Shown in pieces: positions 41,176-52,840 of a stretch of 64,000 nt of DNA (position 1 is the stretch's first letter; each line of letters begins with the position of its first letter). Below the pieces are notes generated by a model that was not told the origin of the DNA, searched no databases, and saw only the letters and a program-made list of their open reading frames with translations. The position numbers and the translations under genes were made by a program. The stretch is taken from NCBI GenBank assembly GCA_003344405.1, contig NOWV01000116.1:124001-188000 (forward strand). Reading direction: 5' to 3'. Origin of the DNA: Trichoplax sp. H2. Its lineage: Eukaryota.

Positions 41176-41860
41176 TTATGGAGATTGATATAAGCCTACA
41201 AACCATATACTGGTTGCTTCTGGGCCATTCTGACATCGAAAGGAAGGATTGAAAGATCGATGGTCGTAGTAACCAAGCAACCAATCTATCATATCCAAGT
41301 CTTGACCTTTTTCGTCTATAACAGTCATTCCGCAATTAGTTCTACTTAATTGACCGTGAACGGTAAAGATGAACCCGTTATTCTGAGCTACATCAACTCG
41401 ACAATCTTGGCAGCCGGATCCCATCACATTAATATATTCCTCTGCTTTACACTGAGAGTTTTTTGTAGGTTGTAAAACATCTAATTAACTCTTACGCAAT
41501 CCGGATAATCGACTGCAATTTTATCAAAGTCGCAGACTATTTTCCAAAGTGTAAAGTTATTAGAATTGCGTATTTCCTTCATACGATCTTTTGACATTCG
41601 GTAGCTTGCTCAATTAGGGTTGAATTCGTTTACTGGATGATTTTATGATAACCTGCAAACCTGAAGACTTGCATCATTCGATTACTAAATTTCCATGATG
41701 ATATTAGAGTATAAACAAATCCTGGCTCTGATGTGAAGTCGCAATATACTCGATAGGGCAGGTTTTGATTATCGAATATAACGTAATAACCATTTCGTTT
41801 ATGGTCAGCAAGCCGTTATTGCAGGCATCCTTTAGGTCTTGATGAATATGCAAATACCTC
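41176..41860 (-). pseudogene. Disrupted gene for a fibrinogen-related (FReD/intelectin N-terminal-like) domain protein
   Basis: Manual minus-strand translation gives RPKGCLQ*RLADHKRNGYYVIFDNQNLPYRVYCDFTSEPGFVYTLISSW, then (frameshift) HPVNEFNPN*ASYRMSKDRMKEIR...WKIVCDF, then (frameshift) CKAEEYINVMGSGCQDC...LGYYDHRSFNPSFRCQNGPEATSIWF. This carries the P-x-x-C...G-x-Y-x-I...VYCD...G-x-x-TL fibrinogen-like signature, with at least two in-frame stops and two frameshifts. Confidence 0.8.
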
Positions 41861-42086
41861 ATAGGCAATTCTTAAATATTAGAGTATTGTATTATATTGT
41901 TTAAACAATTCAATAATGGTATCCGAATGCTTTCTACCAGATCTCAATTGCAATTTCTCGCTTTAACAGTAATTTGATCAATTTTTGAAGGTAGAAATTT
42001 CTCTGCATCTTGAAGGGTAATGGTTAGTTATCATTACCACCGAGCTACCTTAGATACTAGAAGTAAATTACTCTTTCTTTTAGTCT

Positions 42087-42352
42087 TACAGCCTTGGATT
42101 ACTGTACTCAAAGAAAAAGGGTTTCCTTCTAGCCGCCCGTCCCATTTTACTGGACGTACAGTGTACAGTGTACAGTACAGTACAGTACAGACCCTTGGAG
42201 ATTGTCGCCAATTTTAACAGTACTGTACAGTACAGTACAGTACAGTACTGTACTGTACAGCCTTGGACTACTCAAAGAAAAACGGTTTCCTTCTAACCGT
42301 CCGTCCCATTGCACTGAGATTGTCGCCAATTTTAACAATACTGTACAGTACA
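42087..42352. repeat. Two-copy repeat containing a (TACAG)n microsatellite
   Basis: tacagccttgga...ctcaaagaaaaa.ggtttccttcta.ccg.ccgtcccatt...gagattgtcgccaattttaaca.tactgtacagtaca starts at 42087 and 42256. Runs of tacag lie inside and between the copies. Confidence 0.88.
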
Positions 42353-42591
42353 ATTATATAATTTTGGACCAAATAATAATAAATTATAAATATAGTATTT
42401 ATATTTATATATTTATATTTAAATTGTACTAAATTATACAATTTTGGACCAAATCCGGTCAATTTTTTATTTGTGGATATGTTATATTGATGAATACTGA
42501 AGTGTTGAATTTCATAGTAAAGAATTGGAAACGAAAAAGATCACGCTCTGTACACCGTACTGTAACGTACTACTAGTAGCAGGCTGCTAAC

Positions 42592-43244
42592 ATGGCGTTA
42601 TGTTTCATCAACGCATGAATAAAAAAACTAGCCATTCTGTTTACTAATAGAACAGAGTAAATGAATCATGCTTGCATCAGGGGACTGACCTGCCAAAGCT
42701 AGTGTTACTGTCATGACCACCATCGTGTATTCGTGTCACACACCACTAGTGACAAAGTAGTCTACACACGCCAATCCTTGCGGAGAACGCCACTTACTAA
42801 CTTAAGAGGCGAGATTAGCTATATCACCAAATAATTCAGTTCCAACGACCGAATACTATGGTATAATTATAGCGTCACAGATAGTGTAGACGAGAAAGTC
42901 ACAGATTGACTATCATTTAATACTGAAGAAATCTCGGCACCCAAGATTATAGTCTTTACAATTAAATATCAATTGAAAAACTAGTTGACTATCTAACCGA
43001 CTAACGAACTAAAAAGGAATCTTCAATTCGATATACGCATATAAAACGAGGATGTGATGATCAATCGATGGATTGTTTTTGTACGCATATGCAAAAATAC
43101 AAGCACACTGCCAGTAAAGCAGCGGGTTAAAAGGCTACTTGGACTGATTTGGAATTGGTAAATGCTTGCATACAAAGTGTGTGGTAGCAGGTAGGGCTCA
43201 TGCAAAGTGTACGTACTGTAAGTATTTCGGATGAAAGTACTCTA
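42592..43244 (-). mobile_element. Inverted copy of segment B retaining only one TIR
   Basis: Reverse complement of 39070-39727; the ORF track shows the same 60-aa reading at 39114+ and 43023-. It ends in tgtaagtatttcggatgaaagtactcta (43217-43244). The second TIR is missing at 42592. Confidence 0.85.
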
Positions 43245-44626
43245 CTAGTAGTCATAGGATTGATTTGGGATGCAGTAGTGTAGAGTTACTGTTCCAAATT
43301 TTCCATGAAAGTATTGTGCTGTACAGTACAGTACAATGGATGGGTACAATTAAATGACTTGCTATACAGTAGAATTGAGATGGGATTAGTGCTTGCATAA
43401 AAGGCAAACAAGTTCCAGATCATAATACTGTTTTATATATATATTGCAGTTTTAAATTACAAAATACCATGAAGCAACCGAACCTTTCTCAGGTCTAGTC
43501 TTATCAAATTCTGGATACCTGTCAAAGCATAGCCAATGACTTGATGTACTTTGCTGCATACCAGCTTTGTTGCTAACAATGTATTATTAAATAAATATAA
43601 AAGCCCACAGTTGTATCAAGATAAATCGATACCAATTACATCAATATCATTGTCATCCGAATAGATTAGCAAATATACTAGTGCTACAGCTGTAAGACTT
43701 ATTCTCCGATGACGTTAAATCCGTTCTCAAAGAGAGACAATTACAATTATACTGCAAGGTACACTGAGGAATGATTTAGTCGTGAGTGGGCTGCCAGATA
43801 GGGAGTTTAAATTTTTCGATCTTATATACGAGCAGTACAAAAGGCAACCATCTTGTGGTAAGTCTATGCTTCTTAATATATACGCAAGAAAAGTAGTAAC
43901 TATCCCCATGCCATCTTTGTGTAACTTGTAAATCAGTGTCCCAGAAAGGACAAAGCTAGCAGATCACATCACTGGGAAAGATGACAGTGAGCTACTGTTG
44001 ATTGCTACCTAGTTAGAATTTGCTTACAAAGTTTACTGACCTCGAATACGTCAATATAAACTATTATCGAGAGTCTATAAACAAGGATCACAGTTACAGT
44101 AGCATCATACACTTGTTTATGCAGCAACTAAAATTCAGATACTGTATGACATGACGCAGATCAAGCGCAATTCATCACAGCTGTTCCAATCGGTTATGTC
44201 TACCGTAGAAAATCAGCACGCTTACATCATTAAGGAATGTTTAATCTAGAAATTTAATCAAGATATTGATAACTTAACTTAATAATCACCATCAGCGTCT
44301 TAACAATGCACTCTATCAATGAGACAAGCTAAATAATAGAAATAGTATACAGTAGAGTACAAATGAGTCCAAAAACAGTAAGAAACAAATAAAATTTGCT
44401 GTATTTTGATAACATGTTAAGAATTTTGAGTCAGTAGCCCTTCCAGCATTATATTAAAAACTCCTAACATCAAAAATCTTGAAAAAAGACAACACAGTTT
44501 GTATGAATAGGTAACGTCAAACAGTATTCAACAATAATTGTTGACAACCTTTATGTTATATCATTGGTAATTAATCAGTTATTACACTAGTACAAATACA
44601 ATAGGAATACCTAGTTTTTTTTTAAT

Positions 44627-46795
44627 TTAGATAGTGGCTAAATAATCTTTTACTTCGGATGGTGTTAGTCGATTAAAGCCACTAGAATTAACCACTCCAA
44701 TTTCAATGTTGTCTTCTGTCATTTGACCATCGAAACTTTCCTATCCAATAAAATATCAATTCGGTAGACAAAGTTAAAATTTTCTGCAAATACGCGTATA
44801 TCTTTTTCATCCTCTATCGCGACATACCTTTAACGTTAAAATGGCCGTGTGGATAGCATCTTCTAGTTCCATTTCTTCGTTATACCTTGAAGTAGAAACA
44901 TAAGTCATAGAACGTTTTAATGAATACTCTAAGACGTGTCTATCGGCGATGCAAGAAAGTCTAGTGACGATCATCCTACCGTTTCTCTAAGAATGTTTTA
45001 CCATTAACATGATTTTTTCCAAGAGCTGTAGCTTTCCAAGCAAAGAATGCACCCTAAATAAAGGTTAATGAATCTTTTATACACAAATTTCGATTTGAAT
45101 TATACTTTGCATAAGAACAAGAACAAGTATCGAAACGTACCGATGGATCGCACTGATAAAGATATGGCCCTTCATCACCAGTTCCAGCCATTAAAAGAGA
45201 TACACCAAAAGGCCTTACACCACTAAATAAATACATATAATTTCGTAAGCCTACACGATTGATAATATCATTTTAACGTAAGCCTAAACTCTTAATATTG
45301 TAAGATTTAGTATCAAACCCGGATTGAGTATATTCTTGCATGACTGATGCAACTTTTTCAACCAATTGTGACGTTGGAATAGAATCTTGGTACTTCATTT
45401 GATATTCCTGGGCCAATTTACGAGCTTTACGTAACAGAACCCTAATATGTAATATCATTGCAAGAACAGAAGGATATTTACGTTGGTATGGCTTACAAAA
45501 TACAACCGGTTTGAGTCAATGCTACGAAATGAACTATTCAAGATCGATTCTACAGTATACGCCAAATTGCATCGCAATAGTAGCGGGAATCTACTACTAA
45601 CAACTACTGGAAGCATCACTGTAGCAGTTGTTTCGTTAAATGGATGCTTCCGTTGTGATGAAATGATGTAAATCGTGTTGCCTGGATAAAGAGCTAATGT
45701 AAGACAGTAAAGCCTTATCCACAGGTTGCGAACTGCATTTTACGTACCTATAATCGGGTCCCATTCCACTGTACACCATACCAATTTTATCAGTTATTCT
45801 AGCGACCTAAGTGTATATATCAAAAATGGACAACAATCTTTTATTTCAACCATGAGTACAGACGAATTAGTAAAACTATGGCTATACTCCTCTCTCATTA
45901 GAATTTCTGGTAATAATAGCAAAGTCGTACGTAACAATCCCTTTTCAACATGTACAATATCAATCCCGTCATTGAAATTGAATACATTACCTTATGAGTA
46001 CTATTTTCATCGTATAGTTGAGATTTATATTTTTTTTCCGTGGCTAAAACGGCACCATTGGCAACTATTCAGGCATATTGTATTTAATATATCAGTCATT
46101 GTAATATGGCGTTGAATGTTCAATCAAATGCTGTGCACCTTTATGTAGGTAACAACTTATCGACATTATGAAAGAGTTTGCAAGGAAGGGATTTATCCAA
46201 AGAGAATACATTACTTATTTATCTTACCTTTAATACCAATGGAGGGACTGCCGGCAGCAACTGCTGCTAAAGCATATTCAATTTGTACAAGTTTACCGGA
46301 TGGACTATCATAAAATAATCATTGAAAGCAAGATTGAATTATTTTTCGATCCTATTCCTTATCTAGTCGCATACGCATTTTGTCGATACGATCCTATTCA
46401 CATCGAATCCAATCTACTTCATGAACGATAAAGCTTTAATACATTCAAGTGGACTCATAAAAAGTCCATAGAGGTCTTAGAGGATATTTACTATGATCAA
46501 CTGACGGCTCGAATGAAAGTTGTGCTCCAAACTGCAAGCACTCGGTATGATATAGAAACTTTGTCAAGACACAGTATAACACAAAGAGAATTGGACGAGT
46601 CGTTCGACTCGTCTATGTATCCATTTGTGCCTTGATAGGCTCAATAAAACTTATTAAAAGCATTTACTAATCATTGTAGAAAAGATGCTTAAGAATTCAA
46701 TCAAACATTTACTTCTAATTTACCATGGAAAGTCTATCAAATAGAGTTCAAAATTACCTGAAGGTAGTTAAACTGAAGCTGTAGCGTTCGGACAT
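44627..46795 (-). CDS. PSMA2: Proteasome subunit alpha type-2, multi-exon
   Basis: Spliced translation: [74 protein letters not shown]...[18 protein letters not shown]...[20 protein letters not shown]/...[15 protein letters not shown]...EVKDYLATI*. Confidence 0.97.
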
Positions 46796-46994
46796 GACGA
46801 AGCAAGACGATTGTATGTTCACTTTGCCTCAATGCTTCAACGTGAGATCACTTTAATGCACCGTCACTAACGGCTCATCGGTACTAGTAGTCTACTCCTA
46901 CTATCGTTCAAGACAGTCGTGTCGGTATGGCAGCAAGCACTGACCGTGACCAAGAGGGACATGGTGCATGCGCACAAATCCTGGCATTCTTGTT

Positions 46995-47400
46995 CTATAC
47001 AGTCACAGTACTTTCTCCTCGACAGACATACTGTACACTGTACAGTACGTCTAGTGTAAGACAACATTTTATTTTGGAGAAGTCCGTTTGAAACAAAAGT
47101 CCGTTAACAGTAGCTAACTATAGTGGGTAAAAATTGAAACTCAAGGATTTCTTTCATACCCAACCGATTAAGGTTTAACTAAAAAATGGCTAGGGAATCT
47201 TAACGAAAATCAACTAAGAAATACGCACTAAGAAAGTTGAACTTTCATGGTACAGTAGTGTACAGTACTGTACTACTAGTACACTGAGTACAGTCCATGC
47301 TGAACGCGCATGTGCTCGAAGTTAAACAGTCTCTTTCTACAGTGTACAGTGGACGGTACTGTAGTCCACTGTACTGTACTGTACCCTTTCGCGACGTGTC
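46995..47400. promoter_or_regulatory. Putative bidirectional promoter of PSMA2 and HIBADH, TACAG/CTGTA-rich
   Basis: The ATGs are head-to-head ~760 bp apart (46795 and 47552). The interval has dense GTAC words and a perfect inverted repeat gtacagtggac-N9-gtccactgtac (~47344-47374). Confidence 0.6.
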
Positions 47401-47551
47401 GTAACGGTTCGCCAGCGTCTGAAGTTTTAGTCTGGCTGGACTTGAGCATACTGAGCTGCTCAGACACACCTACTGCACTTTAAAATTGTTTTGCTTGCAG
47501 TCGGTTGCAGCCATTCCATAATCCACATCGATAATTTCCATCCACTCAATC

Positions 47552-50500
47552 ATGGCTTACTTGTTAAGGGAAGTTGGTAGGAATAACAGCAAAGTGACCA
47601 GCAGCTGTAGGTTAATCAAGCGCTGTATATCAGGTAACTTTACCTTCATCCTTAAAATCTTCTATACGAGTAAACTGTTCACTGCAGTCTCATCTCGCCC
47701 AAACCTTGGACGAAATTCGGGCACCTTTCCAATTCTTCATGCAAAATTGACGATGCCTCTTTTAGTGACTACCGTAGCAACTCTCTCAGGGTCTCTAGCA
47801 GTCACTGAAGAGCTGGGGGTTAATGTTTTTATCTGATACTCGAGAGTAAACTGTATTGATCTGATAAACTGCTTATTGTGGCGCTGTTATCAATGCATAG
47901 TCTTGAGAGTAGTCATGCTATACGCCTATAACGTAGTTCATTAGCATATTGCAAAGGATTATGCTTCTGTAATATAAGTATCCTTGGTATACTGTACATT
48001 CGTATTGCTACCAGGCTATCTTGTATTTCGAGCAAGACGTATACGCGTACGTATGCTGAAGGACTTATCAACGCTTCATTAATTGAATCAAATTGATGCT
48101 ACCCTGCTCTAAATAAAAGACTACTGTAGTCGGATCCATTTGTCTGCTGTTCACTCATTGATTACATACCGTCGATTACAACATACGCTAGCAAATACGT
48201 ATATTATTACGGTGTATGGTATATCGTTGCTATACTTAATCTGCACTATTCTGATCGTACACATCTTCAAAACTCCATTCAATACCTTACTAACTATTGG
48301 CTGACAGCTCAATCTTGTCTGATCAAATCATGTACAGAGCTCACTGACAAGTGAGCGATGATGCTAAATGGCTGGAGTTATTTATTAAACATTGTATGAT
48401 CCACGCACTATTATAGCACATACAATGTACATGTTGGTCTCGTTTATGGTATAGACTTATTTTATCATGTTATCTCTTTCTACTAGGATCCAGCATCAAA
48501 AACAAGGTAAATTCGTGTCTGTCTCTGCTAGTTCAAATTCTACCGTCAATACTATCACCAGAAACAAGACATAACTTTACATTTCAGCTACACGAATACA
48601 TCACCTGTGTCAAATTCATGTTATTGTAATCGCCTTATGCTAAGTTATTTATTTTTACTATAAAGCTAAACGTTAAAGTCACAGTCGGAAACGGTAGTTG
48701 TTACAGCAAAATTGTAAACAAAGCCTAGACAGTGCCTTGAGTAGCTGCGATTGTACGTATTCGAGATCTGAATAGAGAATTAGGCTTCTTTAAAGCAGTG
48801 ATGTAACAAAAGCTGTATATCTACCAACAACGTCTCACGATAGTCAAGCTCTGTACTACAATACTCTACAGTTACAGTTGTATGCTAACGGTAAAATTGA
48901 ATACAATACTTGAAAATAATAGATAATGAATTGCACTTTAGGATATTGGCTTTATCGGCTTGGGCAACATGGGCGCTTCTATGGCGAGAAATTTAATGAA
49001 AAATGGCCATAAAGTCATTGTTAACGATGTAGTACCTGAATCAGTCAGCGCTTTGAAAAATGACGGTGCTGAAGTTGCTCAAACTGCAGCAGAGTTAGCT
49101 AGCAGAACATCAACTATTGTGACAATGTTGCCATCAAATCCTCATGTACGTGAAGTTTATACCGGCAGTAATGGATTGTTTAGGTAAGTTTTGCATTAAA
49201 TTGAGATGAAGTTCAATAGAGCATCGCTATTGCACTGTCATTCAAGCTCCATGGATGTTAGTACTTTGCAGATCAAATTTTGTGGTACTAGTGACCATGG
49301 ATATTGATAACTAGTCAATGCATGCTTTCATTTGTTGGGTGACATGATTACGTCAATCAAGTGTAGCTTCGTTCAGTTAATGTACAGGAGACAGGTAGAA
49401 TGGCTAGAGTCGGAGAAAAATGATTGCATTATGAACTAGCTCTGATTTGGTTAAGAAATTTGTGCTCTACTTTCTTACATAGTACTGCAAGCCAAGATTC
49501 CTTATTCATTGATAGTAGTACAATCGATCCGGCTGTATCACAAGAAATGGCTGCAATAGCTTCCGAAAAAGGAAGTACTTTTATGGACGCTCCAGTTTCT
49601 GGAGGTACAACTGTTTCTTCATATATTGAAATACCGTACTTTTATTTTATTACAGTTGGTTCACATCGTTGATAAGTGATTGGAGATATTGTGTCCATCA
49701 GTACAATGTCGTCAAAAATTTATGCTAGGAAAAGTTTAAAAATAGCTTTTTAATTCCCGTAAATAGGAGTTGTAGCGGCTCGCGATGCGTTATTAACATT
49801 TATGGTTGGAGGCCCGGAAGAAAAGTTTGATGAAGTTAAGAGTATATTAGATTGCATGGGGAAAAATATTGTTCACTGTGGCAAAGTTGGAACCGGACAA
49901 GCATCAAAAATTTGTAACAATATGCTTTTGGCTATTGGCATGATTGGAACATCTGAAACAATGAACTTAGGAATAAGGTAGCTTATAATCACTGCCTAGT
50001 TCGTCGTCGAAATTATTGTAAATTTATTGTTGCATTTTCTGATTGATGTCATAATCACTCTGTGATACCATAATCCTTCGATAGCAGATCTTAGGGATCA
50101 TTTACCCAATTCAAAGCGAACAGATTATTGTTGATATTTCATTAGTTCATAGTAATGCGTTTCTTTCCAGTACACTAGCGAACGTAAATTTTAATATCAA
50201 ATGGATAACAAATGTTTTTACTATCTACAAAAGGCTCGGCCTAGATCCAAAATTGCTGGCAAAAATTCTTAACATGAGCTCAGGTAGATGCTGGTCTAGC
50301 GAGGTATATAATCCATGCCCAGGAGTAATTGAAGGTATTCCATCCAGTAACAATTATGAAGGTGGATTCGGAACTGCTCTAATGACCAAGGTTTGACTTA
50401 TACTAAAGTATTTCTACTCACTCTTTATGGATGTCACTGAAATATTTTAGTAGTTTAGCCAGGCAATTGTTATAAAATAGATTGCAAACTCCAATGTCTA

Positions 50501-50699
50501 ATCTCTTACGGGAATGATTGGGTCATTTGATTATGATCCATTGCAGGATCTAGGTTTGGCTCAGAGTGCTGCAAACGCTACGAATTCTCCTACGCCCTTA
50601 GGATCTCTTGCCCATCAGCTGTATCGCGTACTATGTAACAATGGCTATGGGAAGAAAGACTTTTCAGTAGTATTTCAAACTTTAAAAGAAGAAGAATAG
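47552..50699 (+). CDS. HIBADH: 3-hydroxyisobutyrate dehydrogenase, mitochondrial, multi-exon
   Basis: Arg/Ser-rich presequence exon, 20-nt exon 48487-48506, then [79 protein letters not shown] and KDLGLAQ...[12 protein letters not shown]...KDFSVVFQ. Confidence 0.97.
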
Positions 50700-52019
50700 A
50701 AGCTGATCAATCAAAATCACAGAAATGCTGCTTCAAAAGGTTTCCGATAAGAGAAATTCATGCAGGATCTCACTTAGCTAATATCTAACAAATTCTTTTT
50801 CAACTATCAAGCGTCCTTACGTTATACAGTTTGCTCTTATTACATGTAGATTGTAAGCTAATAATTTGACCATTAGGATTTATGGACATTGTTTATTTTG
50901 ATGGTACTTTGAGAATAGTTTAAGCAGATATTCCAGATATAAATTTGAAGTATTTGAGGAATAAATGTATAACGACGAACTTTATGACTCTTTGAATGAT
51001 TTCAATGGCATTTTCTGCATTTCAGAATAACAACGTATGCTGCTACAGCATTGTTTGCCTATATAAGATTGTATCGATTTATTACAGCATTCTATCTTTT
51101 TTGCATTGTATTACACGCTCAGAAAGTTTTATCAACGTAGGTAAGCTGAAATGCGAGTCTAACAACGCCATCTTTCATTACATAGTCGAATCTGCTCTGT
51201 ACAGTATGCTGTACAATGCATGATACATTTGGACAAGCTTTTGATGAATCTATTGCATGATGAAATACTGTAGTATTGAACGAATAGAATAATGCTATCA
51301 ATGTGACAAGTATCCATTGTACGCACACATAGAAAATGGCCATTCCAACAATCTAGTTGATATTGTTATAGTTGTAGTAGAATAATATAAGAGATGCCTA
51401 TACAAATTATTTCTTGTCAATAGCTGCTTAAGTTAACGCATTCACCATGTGAAAGACCACGAACTCGGCAAACTACAGTACTTTTATCGAAATTATACAT
51501 GTAGTTCTTGTGCGCCATAAGAGGTTCGTTTGATTTCAGTCCTATAAAGTGAAGACACCGAAATTGATTAGTAATGCAAGCAAAAGCGATAGAGTACAGT
51601 ATAGCCATTTTGAGTTTATTCTCATTGTATAACAATTTCAACATTGCAAATCTCCTCTAATTTTACAAGTGTTTGTAAAGTGTAGCTGAGCACAAGTTGT
51701 ATATTGATACTACAGCTCTTATTTGTATTTCGATTCATGTTTGCAGTGTAAAATAGTCCTATGGAGCAACTTTACCAAATGAGCAGTTATCTATAAAGCT
51801 AGCCAAGATTAGTAGAGGCTCAAATCTGTACTGTCGATACGTAACACACTGTCTTTAGTGTCTTGCAATCTCGGTGGTACTGTCTGAAAAGATTGCACGT
51901 CCACTTACTATAGTATCTTGTAAGATGGCGTACTAAGATTCCTCTTATGATGGAAACTACTAAGCGTCAACGTTGTTGATTGACTAGCTAGCTATACCCG
52001 TATATAGCTGTATTCGTAA

Positions 52020-52302
52020 TCACTCCAGAGCTATCCTACTGGACTTGATTGGATCCTAGTCACTGTACAGTTACTACGTATGTTGGCGAATATCCATGGG
52101 TGAAATGGGAAGTAAGAAAGATGCGTAAATATGCCAGCGTACTTACATCGACTTTACTTAAAACTTTGTTAGCACGGCGTCGTTCCAACACATCATAAGA
52201 AGCGCGTGATAAGATGTAACCACTATAGACGGTTAGTAGAATTAGCGAAAAGGTTACTCCACGTTGGACCTTGGTTAGGAAAGGTATCGGCCGAGTAGCC
52301 AT
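52020..52302 (-). CDS. COX14: Cytochrome c oxidase assembly protein COX14-like small single-TM protein (2 exons, ~63 aa)
   Basis: Exon 1 (52147-52302) reads MATRPIPFLTKVQRGVTFSLILLTVYSGYILSRASYDVLERRRANKVLSKVD, resembling the COX14 S-x-x-LLTVYGGY...RR motif. A gtaagt donor is followed by putative exon 2 (52020-52055) DPIKSSRIALE*. Confidence 0.75.
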
Positions 52303-52369
52303 TTTTGTAGGTTGGCAATTATGGACGAATGCAACAGACCGGTCCCGGTACAGACCTGACGATAGCGGT

Positions 52370-52540
52370 TGACGCAGTGTACCCGTCATACTGTACAGTA
52401 CTCCTTTTTACGGTGGATTCTGTTCTGTTCCTTTTTCAGTACTGTACACTGTACATTGTACGGTACAGTATTTTTTTCGGTTGGTGTACAGTACCTCGTA
52501 CTCTATTGGGCAGGGCTGTACTGTACACTGTACACTGTGT
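52370..52540. promoter_or_regulatory. TACAG/CTGTA-rich tract upstream of COX14
   Basis: tactgtacagtac, cagtactgtacactgtacattgtacggtacagta and ctgtactgtacactgtacactgt lie within ~250 bp upstream of the ATG. Confidence 0.5.
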
Positions 52541-52840
52541 CATTCGGACCTCCTCAATTTCTGAGCTAAATACTGTCTCAGAAACTCCCAGTAAAAACTT
52601 TCAGCATCAAAAACATTGCGAGAAACGGAGGGATTTGCAGTTGCACTTTTGTGGTCATCAATCTTTATTGAAGATTGCAAAAGTTCGATGATCAACTGTC
52701 TTGAAAGAAACGACTATCCCTATGTCAGGTCTATCCCTACCTGACAATGACCGTGTACAGTAGAGTAAGCAGTTTACTCGTCATACTGTGCTCTACATAT
52801 TGGACATGTATTCAAGGCCTTCTGAATTTCTAGGAAAAAG

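Noticed and set aside
42020..42462. ORFs rich in YSTVQ/TVLYC
   Set aside because: Translation artefacts of (TACAG)n tracts. The same applies to the ORFs at 8961-9199, 46867-47469 and 52329-52691.
39114..43205. Twin 60-aa ORFs (39114-39296 + and 43023-43205 -) as a duplicated gene
   Set aside because: They start at TTG, show no recognisable motif and simply reflect the inverted copy of segment B.
51119..51644. Two short minus-strand ORFs, one with a hydrophobic N-terminus, between HIBADH and COX14
   Set aside because: No homology signal, repeated peptide or cleavage pattern, or splice structure. Their length is within chance expectation and they may be COX14 3' UTR.
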